A stretch of DNA of 57,246 bases from Thermostichus sp. DRC_bins_24 (GTDB taxonomy: Bacteria > Cyanobacteriota > Cyanobacteriia > Thermostichales > Thermostichaceae): contig JAUQVK010000091.1 of assembly GCA_039794845.1 (NCBI GenBank), forward strand, positions 1-57,246, read 5' to 3'. The notes under the pieces are model-generated. The model ran no database searches. It saw only the letters and a list, made by a program, of their open reading frames with translations, and was not told where the DNA came from. Shown one piece after another: positions 10,569 to 22,901 of the stretch (its first letter is position 1; each line of letters opens with the position of its first letter). Position numbers and translations under genes: made by a program.

Positions 10569-11366
10569 TTACGTCATCGCCTCAGTTGCAGGGTTTTGCT
10601 CCGCCAACGCCTCCACCTCGTCCCGGCGGTATAGGTAAGCACCACTGCGACCGGTGCGGGCCATGAGCCCTGCGGTTTCCATCTGAGCGCGGGCTTTGCG
10701 GGCAGAACATCCCAGGATTTGCGCCGCTTGACTCACCGGGATCCACTGCCGCCCAAAACGGGCTAAAAGCTGCTCGTCCGGTTCGCAACACACCTGCTGC
10801 AACAGCCGCTCCGCCAACAGCCAACAGGCCAGAGCATCTGCTGCGGCCCGATGGGAACGCTTTCCCCCGGCGACCAGTGGCCCCTCCAACGGAAACCGGA
10901 AATGCTCCACCAACGCAGGCAAACTGCGGGAGGGCAAATCCGGCAACATCAACCGCGCCAACTGCACCGTGCAGAACTGCTCCGTTTTCGGTCGGACAAA
11001 TCGGATCCCCAAACGCCCATATTCCAGTTGTAAAAAACCGTAATCAAAAGCCAAATTGTGAGCCGTCAAGACCCCCGTCTGTAAATCTGCTTGCAGATCC
11101 GGCCAGAGCACCGCCGGATCGGATCCCCGAGCCACCATCTCGGGGGTAATGCCCGTCAACCGCACAATCGCAGGCGGAATCGGAACGCCCGGATTCAACA
11201 ACCAAGCACGATGGTCGAGAATGCCCTGCTCTAAACTGGCCTTAAGGAGTGAAATTTCGATCACCCGTTGCCCGGGCATACAGGCCCCTGTGGTTTCTAC
11301 ATCCACAACCGTGAGGGTCTGGTGGCGCAAGCGGCGGTAATGCTGCAAAAGATCCCGAGAGCGCAC
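10569..11366 (-). CDS. DEDDh 3'-5' exonuclease (DnaQ-like) with C-terminal HTH-like tail
   Basis: ExoI VVDVETTG, ExoII AHNLAFD, ExoIII HRAAADA. Confidence 0.9.
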   Translation of the reverse strand: MRSRDLLQHYRRLRHQTLTVVDVETTGACMPGQRVIEISLLKASLEQGILDHRAWLLNPGVPIPPAIVRLTGITPEMVARGSDPAVLWPDLQADLQTGVLTAHNLAFDYGFLQLEYGRLGIRFVRPKTEQFCTVQLARLMLPDLPSRSLPALVEHFRFPLEGPLVAGGKRSHRAAADALACWLLAERLLQQVCCEPDEQLLARFGRQWIPVSQAAQILGCSARKARAQMETAGLMARTGRSGAYLYRRDEVEALAEQNPATEAMT

Positions 11367-11436
11367 AATTTAGTGGGGAAAATTAGTGGGGAAAAGGCCA
11401 ACCCCATCTTCGCTCCCCACCGGGATCCCCATACCC

Positions 11437-11712
11437 CTACACCTGTAGCGGTTGCCGGGGATAGGCGGGCAGTTGCCAGCACATCTCCAGCCAGTTTTTC
11501 AGCTCTTGTGGCTGACCCATGAGGCTCATTTCTACCAACAAAATGGCGGCTCGATCCGCGGATCCCTTGGATCCCAGTCGAATTAGGGCCGATAGCCCAT
11601 CTTCACACCAGCGGACAGACACGCCTTGCTGGATCAAAGCCTGGGCTGCAACAGCAATGCAGGACTGGGGTACTTGGACATCCCGCCGCTCGTAATCGAA
11701 AGTGGAAAGCAT
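11437..11712 (-). CDS. Hypothetical protein (~91 aa)
   Basis: ORF fills the gap in the same orientation as the exonuclease; no recognised motif. Confidence 0.55.
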   Translation of the reverse strand: MLSTFDYERRDVQVPQSCIAVAAQALIQQGVSVRWCEDGLSALIRLGSKGSADRAAILLVEMSLMGQPQELKNWLEMCWQLPAYPRQPLQV

Positions 11713-11932
11713 GAACGGCAACCCAAATCTTTATTATGTTTTAATCTTCTTCCCTTTTGGGTCGTTCGCCAAGGGTCTTTACAAAGCATGAAGTGATCTT
11801 TTGTAAATGCTTAAGAATGCGGGTTAGGGCGGGAGGAGCCCTGATGGCACAAGGCTTAAAAGATGATGGCGATTTCTCCGCTCTATCTTCCTGCCGCCGT
11901 CAGAATGGCCTCATCTGCTGGAGGGTTGGGAG

Positions 11933-12715
11933 ATGGGAGTCAGTCGCTGGTTGCCCCAGGCCACCTTTGCCGGAGCAGTGCTGCTTTTGGTGGGGCTTGG
12001 CAGACCGTCGCGATTGGTGGGCAACGGGGAAAGCTTGGTGGTGTTCACCTGGTTCGACGGAGTTAGCCCAACAGCTCTGGCGCCGGGTTTGCATTGGGTG
12101 CCTCCCTTCGTCTCTCGCACGCTGATTTTCGATGTGAAAACCCAGACCCTGACCTGGAAAGACGGGGATCCGACGGCCTATGCCCCTCGCTTGGTGGCGC
12201 TCTCCCAAGATGGACAGCAGATTCGGGTTGAGGTGACGCTGCAATTTCGCATTCTCGATGCCCCAAAGGTGTACACCCATCTGGGAGAAGGCTACCGGGA
12301 TCGCATTGCTCCGATTGTGCGTTCTGTGATCATCAACGAAACTGCTGGGTTCTCTGCCCAGGCCCTCTACTCTACCCAGCGCCCGCTGCTACAGGGTCAA
12401 ATTCGTGAGCAGGTGGCTCTTTTGCTACAAGAGTACGGCATCGAGGTTTTGGATTTGCTGCTGCGGGATGTGGACTTCGATCCCGACTTTGTGGCCGCCA
12501 TTGAAGCGAAGACCATTGCAGAAAATCGTCTTGCCCAAAAGCAATTTGAGATCGAACAGGCTCGTCAAGATGCACGCACCATTGTTTCTCAAGCGGAGGC
12601 GGAAGCGGGGCAGCTGCAGGCCAAGGCACAAGCCCTTACTCAAAATCCCCAATATCTGGAGGTGGTGAAGGCCTCTGTGCTCGGGGCGCGACTGGAGACT
12701 TTGGTAACGAAGTAA
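11933..12715 (+). CDS. SPFH/prohibitin family protein
   Basis: N-terminal TM, PGLHWVPPF, SQDGQQIRVEVTLQF, and coiled-coil AAIEAK...AEAEA. Confidence 0.9.
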   Translation: MGVSRWLPQATFAGAVLLLVGLGRPSRLVGNGESLVVFTWFDGVSPTALAPGLHWVPPFVSRTLIFDVKTQTLTWKDGDPTAYAPRLVALSQDGQQIRVEVTLQFRILDAPKVYTHLGEGYRDRIAPIVRSVIINETAGFSAQALYSTQRPLLQGQIREQVALLLQEYGIEVLDLLLRDVDFDPDFVAAIEAKTIAENRLAQKQFEIEQARQDARTIVSQAEAEAGQLQAKAQALTQNPQYLEVVKASVLGARLETLVTK

Positions 12716-12809
12716 GTTTTGATCCCTCGGGTTCGTCCTATCCATCTATCCATTCCCAAGTATTCTCATCCCGAGTATTCTCACAAACGCTACGGTAGGA
12801 GCACCCACA

Positions 12810-13742
12810 ATGCCCAAGACAGAAGCAGCAGAACGGAGTCAGTCGGGTTGGCTGATGGCCGGAGGAATCGCCATCTTGGCGGCTTTGGGGATGCTTCGGT
12901 CTTGCCTTTACGTCACCCCACCCGGGCATGCCACAGTGGTGTTCAATACATTCTCTGGGCTGCAAAAGGGGCGTGTGGAGTTGCCGGGGGTGATTTTTGT
13001 CGTTCCTGGCATTGATACCCCGATCACCTACACCGTGCTCACCCGCGTCTGGGAATTTACCAATAACCCCACTTCTGCCAACGGCATCAGCAACGCGATC
13101 ACCGTCAATACCGCTGACGGGCAGGCCTTTGCCATTGATGTGGCGATCGCCCTCAAGCCCAACCCCGCCACGTTGGATGAGTTGCATGCCAGTATTGGCG
13201 AAAACTATCTTTCGACGGTGGTGGTACCTGTGGTGCGCTCGAAAATTCGCGATATCTCCGCATCTTTTGATTCCGAGGATTTTTACCGCAAGAGCCAGCG
13301 AGCCGCCATCGAACACCAAGCCCTGGCCTTGATTCGGCAGGAAATGCCCACCCTAAAACGGGACGGCCAAACGCTGCCTTTGTTGCAGGTGGATGGCGTC
13401 TTTCTGGGCAATCCCGATTTTCCGGAGGCGTTGAAAGATTCGATCGAGCGGAAACAAGTGGCTTCGATCACGGCGCAAACAGCAGCCGTGCGAGCGCAAA
13501 TTCAGGAAAAAGAAACAGAACGCCTGTTAATCTTGGCAGCGGCGAACCAGCGTGCCATTGAGCTGAAAGGACAAGCGGCAGCCCAAAACGCCCAACTGGC
13601 AGAGCTGCTGTTTTACGAAACGTTGCAAGAGCGCATTCAAAATCCCTCTACGCCCCCCTTGCGGATCATCCGTGTGGAAGGGGATTCCACCGTATTCCTG
13701 AACGTGGATCCCCACCAGGCTGCTCTGCAAAGCGCGCAATAG
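12810..13742 (+). CDS. SPFH/prohibitin family protein
   Basis: N-terminal TM, TADGQAFAIDVAI, VVPVVRSKIRD and SIERKQVA. Confidence 0.88.
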   Translation: MPKTEAAERSQSGWLMAGGIAILAALGMLRSCLYVTPPGHATVVFNTFSGLQKGRVELPGVIFVVPGIDTPITYTVLTRVWEFTNNPTSANGISNAITVNTADGQAFAIDVAIALKPNPATLDELHASIGENYLSTVVVPVVRSKIRDISASFDSEDFYRKSQRAAIEHQALALIRQEMPTLKRDGQTLPLLQVDGVFLGNPDFPEALKDSIERKQVASITAQTAAVRAQIQEKETERLLILAAANQRAIELKGQAAAQNAQLAELLFYETLQERIQNPSTPPLRIIRVEGDSTVFLNVDPHQAALQSAQ

Positions 13743-13958
13743 ATTCGGCAAAGTTACGAAAGTAGGTAAGCTTAGGGACTTAAGTGTAATCTATGCAATC
13801 TAAGTATAAAGTGTATCCAGGTATTGAGTTTGAATGATACCATCTGACTCTGTTCCTCAATATCCCACTTTGGGTCTTTGGGGGGTTGGCTTGGGATCCG
13901 TGGAGTTTCTTCGCGTAGCTCAACTGTAAGGCCCACTGTAGACTGTATCTTGGTTGCC

Positions 13959-14984
13959 ATGAATTCCCGCGTGACCCACACCCCTTTTCCGCGTCCGAAC
14001 CTGAAGCTGGTGGATTCAGATCATGTCTTGGTGGTCGATGATCAGGCCAGCAGCCGTCTTTACATCAGCGAGTTATTACGGTCGGCCCACTTCCAGGTGA
14101 GCGAGGCCCTCAACGGCGAAGACGCTCTGGAAGCCGTAGAGCAACTGCAGCCGGACTTGGTACTGCTGGATGTCTTGATGCCGGACATCAACGGGTTCGA
14201 TGTCTGTCGACAACTGAAGGCCAACGATCTGACGCGGCTAATCCCAGTTGTGCTAATCACGGCCCTCACAGATCGCTCCAATCGGGTTAAGGGCATGCAG
14301 GTGGGGGCGGACGACATTTTGACCAAGCCCTTTGACCAAGTGGAACTGTTGGCACGGGTGCGCTCTTCCATTCAACAAAAGCGGTTGAATGAAGATTTGG
14401 ATCACGCCGCAAAGGTGTTGTTTGCCATTGCCCGTGCGGTGGAGAGCCGGGATCCCACCACAGGTGACCACTGCGAACGCTTGGTGGCAATGGGGGAACA
14501 GTTTGGACGCTACTTGGGGTTGCCGCGGCAACAGCTCAAGGCCCTGCGCTGGGGTGGCTACTTGCACGATATTGGCAAAGTTGGGATCCCGGATGCGATT
14601 TTGGGCAAGCCGGGCAAACACACCCCTGAAGAATGGGAAATCATGAAGTCTCATGTGTTAATCGGCGAAGAAATTTGTCAGGGCTTGCGTACCATGCAGG
14701 AGGTGCTGCCGATCATCCGCCACCATCACGAGCGCTGGGATGGCAGTGGTTACCCGGATCGCCTGGCCGGCGAAGCGATTCCCCTGTTGGCCCGTGTCTT
14801 TCAAGTCATCGACATTTTCGATGCCCTTACCTCCTCCCGCCCCTACAAAGTGGCCCTGACCGTCGAGCAGGCTTTGGAAGTGCTGCGGGAAGAAACCCGC
14901 AAGGGCTGGCGGGATCCGAACTTGGTGCGCGAGTTTTGCGACTTTATGTTTGTTACCGCCTTTAATTTGGTGGAGGCAGAATAG
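13959..14984 (+). CDS. Response regulator with HD-GYP phosphodiesterase domain (RpfG-like)
   Basis: REC motifs VVDD, LLDVLMP and TKPF; HD-GYP motifs LHDIGK and HHHERWDGSGYP. ATG at 13959. Confidence 0.94.
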   Translation: MNSRVTHTPFPRPNLKLVDSDHVLVVDDQASSRLYISELLRSAHFQVSEALNGEDALEAVEQLQPDLVLLDVLMPDINGFDVCRQLKANDLTRLIPVVLITALTDRSNRVKGMQVGADDILTKPFDQVELLARVRSSIQQKRLNEDLDHAAKVLFAIARAVESRDPTTGDHCERLVAMGEQFGRYLGLPRQQLKALRWGGYLHDIGKVGIPDAILGKPGKHTPEEWEIMKSHVLIGEEICQGLRTMQEVLPIIRHHHERWDGSGYPDRLAGEAIPLLARVFQVIDIFDALTSSRPYKVALTVEQALEVLREETRKGWRDPNLVREFCDFMFVTAFNLVEAE

Positions 14985-15639
14985 GCGAGGTTGAGCGGGG
15001 GGCCCGGGTAGTTGCCTTCTGGGCTTGGGCCACGACCAGTGCCCCCGCCACCGGGATCCCGGCAGCAGCCAGTACCCGTTGGGCCGCTTGCAGGGTGGAG
15101 CCGGTGGTGTAAATGTCATCCACCAGCAGTACCGGTGTTGCAGGCATGCGTTTCAAGGCAAAAGCCCCGGCCAGATTGTCTTGTCGTTGCAACGGGTTGA
15201 GCTCGTGTTGAGCCGCCGTGGCCCGTACCCGCACCAGTGCCTCCGGCAGGTGTCGTAGGCCCGTTTGCTCACAAAAAGCTTGGCTGAGCAGGGCCGCCTG
15301 ATTGTAGCCCCGTTGCCGCAGACGCTCCCCATGAAGAGGAATGGGCACCACCGTAAAACCTGCTCGCGGTTGTTGCGCCTCAACCCAACGGGATCCCAGC
15401 CATGCTCCCAAAACCGGCCCGATGCGCCGTTGTCCTTCGTATTTCAATTGGTAGATTGCCCGGCGTAACTCCCCCCGATGGATCCCCCAGGCATAAAGGG
15501 GCCAGGGTGTAGTGGTGACCGGCCAAGCGGAGATCCGCTCCGCCTGTAATTTGCTTCGGCAATCTTGACAAAACACGCCCTTAGCGGTGCGCTGACAGAG
15601 CGGACAAGGAGGCACAATCCACCAATCCAGCCAACCCAT
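14962..15639 (-). CDS. comF: ComF family protein
   Basis: CPLC...CQDC zinc finger, VPIPLH, RGYNQA, VLLVDDIYTTGST. Confidence 0.93.
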   Translation of the reverse strand: MGWLDWWIVPPCPLCQRTAKGVFCQDCRSKLQAERISAWPVTTTPWPLYAWGIHRGELRRAIYQLKYEGQRRIGPVLGAWLGSRWVEAQQPRAGFTVVPIPLHGERLRQRGYNQAALLSQAFCEQTGLRHLPEALVRVRATAAQHELNPLQRQDNLAGAFALKRMPATPVLLVDDIYTTGSTLQAAQRVLAAAGIPVAGALVVAQAQKATTRAPRSTSPILPPPN

Positions 15640-15753
15640 CCCCTGTTCCTTGTGCTCCGGCAGATATTCTCTAACTTAGCGGAGGGGCGAAAGAGGGGCG
15701 ATTATGATTCAGATTAGGATCTGCCGGTGTTGACCTTCCAAGCCGAGTAACCG

Positions 15754-16068
15754 ATGCGCGCCGCTCCCTTTTTCTATCAAGGTTTTCGGCTGGGCTTGCG
15801 TAACCCCAACCTACGCCCTTGGATTCTTCTGGGGATTTTGGCCTACCTGCTTAGCCCGATCGATGTCATCCCCTCGATATTGCCGATTGTCGGCGAATTG
15901 GATGATTTGGTCTTGCTGGGCTTGCTCTTGACAGAATTGGCCCAAATGGCCCTCGGGGATCCCTTTCGCCCGCAACCCAGGCCCAAGAGCCCTGCTCAAA
16001 CGGCTGCATCTTCCGCCTCCAGCCAAACCATTGACATTCAAGCCACTACCCTAGAAGGGGATCCCTAA
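15754..16068 (+). CDS. YkvA/DUF1232 family membrane protein
   Basis: AYLLSPIDVIP...VGELDD signature. Confidence 0.88.
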   Translation: MRAAPFFYQGFRLGLRNPNLRPWILLGILAYLLSPIDVIPSILPIVGELDDLVLLGLLLTELAQMALGDPFRPQPRPKSPAQTAASSASSQTIDIQATTLEGDP

Positions 16069-16143
16069 GTTGACGCTGGGATCGCAGCTTGCTAGGATCT
16101 GATACTGCCGACTAACTTGAGTTGTGACCTTCTGAGCTGACCC

Positions 16144-16551
16144 ATGCCCACCATTCAGCAACTGATCCGTGAGGAGCGCAGCGTTGCGACCCGCAAGACG
16201 AAATCGCCTGCTCTGAAGGCCTGTCCTCAGCGCCGGGGGGTTTGCACCCGAGTGTACACGACAACCCCCAAGAAGCCCAACTCTGCCTTGCGAAAAGTGG
16301 CACGGGTTCGCCTCACCTCGGGCTTCGAAGTCACCGCCTATATCCCCGGCATCGGCCACAACCTACAGGAGCACTCGGTGGTCATGATCCGCGGTGGGCG
16401 GGTCAAGGATTTACCGGGCGTTCGCTACCACATTATCCGGGGCACTCTCGATGCTGCCGGGGTGAAAGACCGCAAGCAAGGCCGCTCCAAGTATGGGGCA
16501 AAACGACCCAAACCCGGCCAAGCTGCTGCCCCTGCCGGTAAGAAGAAATAG
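16144..16551 (+). CDS. rpsL: 30S ribosomal protein S12
   Basis: [29 protein letters not shown]. Confidence 0.99.
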   Translation: MPTIQQLIREERSVATRKTKSPALKACPQRRGVCTRVYTTTPKKPNSALRKVARVRLTSGFEVTAYIPGIGHNLQEHSVVMIRGGRVKDLPGVRYHIIRGTLDAAGVKDRKQGRSKYGAKRPKPGQAAAPAGKKK

Positions 16552-16590
16552 TCCGCTCCCGATTTTTGTTTCCCGACCCTCGATACCCTT

Positions 16591-17061
16591 ATGTCTCGCC
16601 GCAACCGTGCCCCTCGCCGTGAAGTGCCCCCGGATCCTAAGTATGGAAGCCGCTTGGTTACCATGCTCATCCGCAAGCTGATGCTGCGGGGCAAAGCCTC
16701 TCTGGCTGCCAACATCCTTTACGATGCCATGGCCATCCTGCAGGAGCGCACCGGTGAGGAGCCGCTGCCTCTGCTGGAAAACGCCGTCCGCAACGCCACC
16801 CCACTGGTGGAAGTCAAAGCCCGTCGGGTGGGCGGGGCAACTTATCAAGTGCCCGTGGAAGTGCGAGGGGAACGGGGCACCTCCTTGGCGTTGCGTTGGC
16901 TGGTGACGTTCTCCCGCACCCGTCCGGGTCGCACCATGGCCGCCAAGTTGGCCAACGAGTTGCTGGATGCCGCCAACGAGACCGGCAGCACCATCCGCCG
17001 CCGCGAGGAGATGCACCGTATGGCTGAGGCCAACAAAGCCTTTGCCCACTACCGCTACTGA
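16591..17061 (+). CDS. rpsG: 30S ribosomal protein S7
   Basis: [11 protein letters not shown] and [15 protein letters not shown]. Confidence 0.99.
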   Translation: MSRRNRAPRREVPPDPKYGSRLVTMLIRKLMLRGKASLAANILYDAMAILQERTGEEPLPLLENAVRNATPLVEVKARRVGGATYQVPVEVRGERGTSLALRWLVTFSRTRPGRTMAAKLANELLDAANETGSTIRRREEMHRMAEANKAFAHYRY

Positions 17062-17197
17062 GGTCGATTCGGCGCGGCAGTTGGAAGCTTTTCAATTGTC
17101 TGGGCCAGTGCCGAGAGGGATCGACAAAAACGATTAGAATTGTAAAGGATTTTTTAGTTTGCCCGAGTCGCAGGACGACGAGGATTGGGAGGTCAAC

Positions 17198-19321
17198 GTG
17201 GCACGCACAGTTCCCCTGGAACGAGTCCGAAACATTGGGATCGCGGCCCATATCGATGCCGGCAAGACCACAACCACGGAGCGGATTTTGTTCTATTCCG
17301 GTCTGGTGCATAAGATTGGCGAGGTTCACGATGGAACCGCCGTGACCGACTGGATGGCTCAGGAACGGGAGCGGGGCATCACCATCACCGCTGCTGCCAT
17401 CAGCACCCGTTGGGTCAAGCGCAACCCTGAGGATCCCTCCCAACCCCTCCCGGATGCACCGGAATACACCATCAACATCATCGATACCCCCGGACACGTG
17501 GACTTCACCATCGAGGTGGAGCGCTCGATGCGGGTGCTGGACGGGGTGATTGCCGTGTTTGACTCGGTCGGTGGCGTGCAACCTCAGTCGGAAACCGTCT
17601 GGCGGCAGGCCAACCGCTACAACGTGCCCCGCATTGCCTTTGTCAACAAGATGGATCGCATGGGGGCCAACTTCCTCAAGGTTTATAGTCAGTTGCGGGA
17701 GCGGCTCAAGGCCAATGCAGTGCCCATCCAGTTGCCCATCGGTGCCGAAGACGGGTTTCAGGGCATTGTGGATTTGGTGCGCATGCAAGCCCGCATCTAT
17801 ATGGATGAGATCGGCAAAGACATTCGTCCCGCCCCGATCCCGGAGGAGATGAAAGATCTGGTGGCGGAGTACCGCGCCAAGCTGGTGGAGGCGGTGGCGG
17901 AAACCGACGAAGCCCTGATGGAGAAGTATTTCGCCGAAGAAGACCTGAGCGAAGCCGATTTGATGGCAGGCCTGCGCAAAGGCACGATCAGCGGTCAAAT
18001 TGTGCCGATGCTGTGTGGCTCTGCCTTCAAAAACAAGGGCGTGCAGATGCTGCTGGATGCGGTGATCGACTATCTGCCCGCCCCCATCGACATTCCCGCC
18101 ATCAAGGGTTTGCTGCCGGATGGCTCGGAAGTGGCTCGTCATGCCAGTGATGAAGAGCCCTTCTCAGCCCTTGCCTTTAAGTTGATGAGCGATAAGTACG
18201 GGGATCTCACCTTCATCCGTGTCTACTCAGGGGTGCTGACCAAGGGCACCTACGTGCTCAACTCCACCAAGAACAAAAAGGAACGCATCTCGCGGCTGGT
18301 GGTGCTCAAAGCCGATGAGCGCCAGGATGTGGATGAGCTGCGGGCGGGAGATTTGGGCGCTGTGTTGGGCCTGAAGGATACTACGACGGGAGATACCCTC
18401 TGCGATGAAAATGCTCCGGTGATTCTGGAGTCCCTCTTCATTCCGGAGCCGGTGATCTCGGTGGCCGTAGAACCCAAGACCAAGGCCGATATCGATAAGC
18501 TCTCCAAGGCTCTGCAGTCTTTGTCCAAAGAGGATCCCACCTTCCGCGTGGCGGTGGATCAGGAGACCAACCAAACCATCATCTCTGGAATGGGCGAGCT
18601 GCACCTGGAGATTCTGGTGGATCGGATGCTGCGGGAGTTCAACGTGGAAGCCAACGTCGGTAATCCACAGGTGGCCTACCGTGAAACCATTCGCAAGCCG
18701 GTCAGCCGTGTAGAAGGCAAGTTCGTTCGCCAAAGTGGTGGCCGCGGCCAGTATGGCCATGTGGTTATCGATTTGGAGCCGGCGGAACCCGGCACAGGAT
18801 TCGAGTTCGTCTCCAAGATTGTGGGGGGTGTGGTGCCCAAGGAGTATGTCGGACCTGCCGAGCAGGGGATGAGAGAGGCTTGTGAATCGGGTGTGATTGC
18901 GGGCTATCCTCTCATCGATGTGCGCGCCACTCTGGTGGATGGCTCGTACCACGAGGTGGACTCCAACGAAATGGCCTTTAAGATCGCCGGTTCAATGGCC
19001 CTCAAGGAGGCCGTCCGCAGAGCCAGCCCTACCTTGCTGGAGCCGATGATGAAGGTGGAAGTGGAAGTTCCCGAAGCCTTCGTAGGCGATGTGATCGGGG
19101 ACATCAACTCCCGCCGGGGACAGATGGAGGGGATGAACACGGAAGCCGGTATTTCCAAGGTCAATGCTAAGGTTCCCTTGGCGGAGATGTTTGGCTATGC
19201 CACCGATATTCGCTCCAAGACCCAGGGCCGGGGCACCTTTACGATGGAATTCAGCCACTACGAGGAGGTTCCTCGCAGTATTGCCGAAGCCATCATTGCC
19301 AAAAACAAAGGAAATGAGTAG
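17198..19321 (+). CDS. fusA: Elongation factor G
   Basis: [19 protein letters not shown] and NKMD; GTG start preceded by GGAGG. Confidence 0.99.
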   Translation: MARTVPLERVRNIGIAAHIDAGKTTTTERILFYSGLVHKIGEVHDGTAVTDWMAQERERGITITAAAISTRWVKRNPEDPSQPLPDAPEYTINIIDTPGHVDFTIEVERSMRVLDGVIAVFDSVGGVQPQSETVWRQANRYNVPRIAFVNKMDRMGANFLKVYSQLRERLKANAVPIQLPIGAEDGFQGIVDLVRMQARIYMDEIGKDIRPAPIPEEMKDLVAEYRAKLVEAVAETDEALMEKYFAEEDLSEADLMAGLRKGTISGQIVPMLCGSAFKNKGVQMLLDAVIDYLPAPIDIPAIKGLLPDGSEVARHASDEEPFSALAFKLMSDKYGDLTFIRVYSGVLTKGTYVLNSTKNKKERISRLVVLKADERQDVDELRAGDLGAVLGLKDTTTGDTLCDENAPVILESLFIPEPVISVAVEPKTKADIDKLSKALQSLSKEDPTFRVAVDQETNQTIISGMGELHLEILVDRMLREFNVEANVGNPQVAYRETIRKPVSRVEGKFVRQSGGRGQYGHVVIDLEPAEPGTGFEFVSKIVGGVVPKEYVGPAEQGMREACESGVIAGYPLIDVRATLVDGSYHEVDSNEMAFKIAGSMALKEAVRRASPTLLEPMMKVEVEVPEAFVGDVIGDINSRRGQMEGMNTEAGISKVNAKVPLAEMFGYATDIRSKTQGRGTFTMEFSHYEEVPRSIAEAIIAKNKGNE

Positions 19322-19346
19322 CTAACTGAAAAGGAAGTGACGATTC

Positions 19347-20576
<1,230 letters not shown>

Positions 20577-20675
20577 ACTGATTTCCCTCGGCAGGGATTG
20601 AGCACTGGTAGCCCCAGAAGGTCTCGATCCCTGCTGCTTTTTTGCCCGGTTATTCCCCTCTATCCCTTTCTGGCT

Positions 20676-20993
20676 ATGGCTACCTTAACCCAACAGAAAA
20701 TCCGCATTCGCCTTAAGGCCTACGATCATCGGTTGCTGGATACCTCCTGCGACAAAATTGTCGATACTGCCCGTCGTACCGAAGCCGTACCCGTGGGCCC
20801 GATTCCCCTACCTACCCGGCGGCGCATCTACTGTGTGTTGCGCTCTCCTCATACCGACAAGGACTCGCGGGAACACTTTGAAACCCGCACCCATCGGCGT
20901 ATTATCGACATTTACTCCCCCTCTTCCAAGACCATCGATGCCCTGATGAAGCTGGATCTGCCAGCGGGTGTGGATATTGAGGTGAAACTCTAA
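20676..20993 (+). CDS. rpsJ: 30S ribosomal protein S10
   Basis: [27 protein letters not shown] at 20676. Confidence 0.98.
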   Translation: MATLTQQKIRIRLKAYDHRLLDTSCDKIVDTARRTEAVPVGPIPLPTRRRIYCVLRSPHTDKDSREHFETRTHRRIIDIYSPSSKTIDALMKLDLPAGVDIEVKL

Positions 20994-21023
20994 GTTGGTT
21001 GATCGGCTTAAGGGGAAAAGCGA

Positions 21024-21875
21024 GTGACAGACTCCGTCCGGTTGAGGGCAGCCGAAGACACCTCTCCCATTCCCGTTCTCGTGGTGGGCGCTCTGGGGAA
21101 GATGGGACGAGAAGTGGTAAGAGCTGTGGCTCAAACGCCCGACATGGTTTTGGCGGGGGCGGTGGCCCGCTCTCAGATCGGCCTCGATGTCGGCGAGGTG
21201 TTGGGCCTTGGAACCTTGGGGGTGGAAATTACGGATGACCTTTCGGGTCAACTGTTAAAACTGTCTCAACGGAGCCGCCGTGGGGTGATGGTGGATTTTA
21301 CCCATCCCCATGCTGTGTTTGAAAACATCCGTTCAGCGATTGCTTTTGGCGTACGTCCGGTGGTGGGGACGACCGGCCTAAGCCCGGAACAGGTGGAACG
21401 GTTGCGGGAGTTTGCGGACAAATCCAGTACGGGCTGTTTGATCGCTCCCAACTTCGCTATCGGCATGATTTTACTCCAGCAAATGGCGGTGCAGGCGGCT
21501 CAGTATTTTGATCACGTTGAGATCATCGAGCTGCACCACAACCGCAAGGTCGATGCCCCCAGCGGTACGGCAAGCCAAACGGCACAACGACTGGGGCAGC
21601 TGGGCAAAACCTTCAACCCTCCTGAGGTGGAAGAAAAGGAGCTGATCCCGGGCTCTCGCGGAGGGATCCCAGACCACAACATCCGCATTCACAGCGTTCG
21701 TCTGCCCGGCTTGGTTGCTCACCAGGAGGTTATTTTTGGGGGAATGGGGCAAACCTTGACCCTACGCCATGACACCACCGATCGGATAGCCTTTATGCCG
21801 GGTGTGATCCTCGGCATCCGCAAGGTTTTGGACCTTAAAGGGCTGGTTTATGGCCTTGAGCACCTGTTGAGCTAG
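21024..21875 (+). CDS. dapB: 4-hydroxy-tetrahydrodipicolinate reductase
   Basis: [30 protein letters not shown]. Confidence 0.97.
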   Translation: MTDSVRLRAAEDTSPIPVLVVGALGKMGREVVRAVAQTPDMVLAGAVARSQIGLDVGEVLGLGTLGVEITDDLSGQLLKLSQRSRRGVMVDFTHPHAVFENIRSAIAFGVRPVVGTTGLSPEQVERLREFADKSSTGCLIAPNFAIGMILLQQMAVQAAQYFDHVEIIELHHNRKVDAPSGTASQTAQRLGQLGKTFNPPEVEEKELIPGSRGGIPDHNIRIHSVRLPGLVAHQEVIFGGMGQTLTLRHDTTDRIAFMPGVILGIRKVLDLKGLVYGLEHLLS

Positions 21876-21883
21876 CTGTTTCT

Positions 21884-22801
21884 CTATCCCGCTCCTAGCA
21901 ACTGCACCAGCAACGCCTTCTGGGCATGCAGCCGGTTTTCCGCCTGATCCCACACCCGTGACTGAGATCCCTCCAAGACCGCTTCGGTGATCTCTTCTTC
22001 CCGGTGGGCGGGCAAACAGTGTAGGACAATGGCCTCGGGATCCGCCCGTTTCACCAATTCCCCATTCACCTGGTAGGGCAGAAAATCTGCCTGACGTGCT
22101 TCGGCTTCGGCTTCTTGCCCCATGCTGGCCCAGACATCGGTGTAGATCACCTGGGATCCCGAGACCGCCTCTTGCGGATCCTGCAAAACCAGCACCTCTG
22201 AATGGTTTGCCAAAGCACGGGCTTGTCGCACCACCTCGGGATCCGGCTCGTAACCCGGTGGCGTGGCAATGCGGATGTGGATGCCGCTCATGGCACAGCC
22301 CAACATCAGGGAATGGGCGACATTGTTGCCATCGCCGCAATAGGCCAAAGTCAAGCCTGCCAGCTGACCGAAATTTTCCTGAATGGTGAGCAGATCCGCC
22401 AAGATCTGACAGGGGTGAAACTGGTCGGTGAGGGCGTTGATCACCGGGATATCGGCGTATTCCGCGAAGGCTTCCAGTTCCTTCTGGTCGTAGGTGCGAA
22501 TGGCGATTACATCCAGATAACGGGAGAGCACCCGAGCCGTATCCTGCAGCGGTTCCCCTCGACTCACCTGCATCACCGTCGGCAGCAGGTCCAGGGTACT
22601 GCCTCCACATTGGGCCATGGCTGTAGTAAAACTTACACGAGTCCGAGTGGAAGCCTTTTGAAAAAGCAACCCCAACACCCGCCCGCGTAAATCCACCTGA
22701 TAGGGATCTCGCTTTAGCTCTGCCGCCTGGACTAGCAAGGCCGATAACTCCGCCGGGGTGAGGTCACTGAGTTTGAGCAGATCCCGTCCAGCCAAATTCA
22801 T
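21884..22801 (-). CDS. argF: Ornithine carbamoyltransferase
   Basis: STRTR, HPCQ, YTDVWASMG and HCLP. Confidence 0.97.
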   Translation of the reverse strand: MNLAGRDLLKLSDLTPAELSALLVQAAELKRDPYQVDLRGRVLGLLFQKASTRTRVSFTTAMAQCGGSTLDLLPTVMQVSRGEPLQDTARVLSRYLDVIAIRTYDQKELEAFAEYADIPVINALTDQFHPCQILADLLTIQENFGQLAGLTLAYCGDGNNVAHSLMLGCAMSGIHIRIATPPGYEPDPEVVRQARALANHSEVLVLQDPQEAVSGSQVIYTDVWASMGQEAEAEARQADFLPYQVNGELVKRADPEAIVLHCLPAHREEEITEAVLEGSQSRVWDQAENRLHAQKALLVQLLGAG

Positions 22802-22901
22802 GCTGCCCTCAGTCCTCGACCCCGCTATCATAGGGCATTTCTAGCCAAGCGCCACCCTAGGCGGATCCCGGTCCGCACCGAGACCCGATGGCCCTATGGC
22901 C

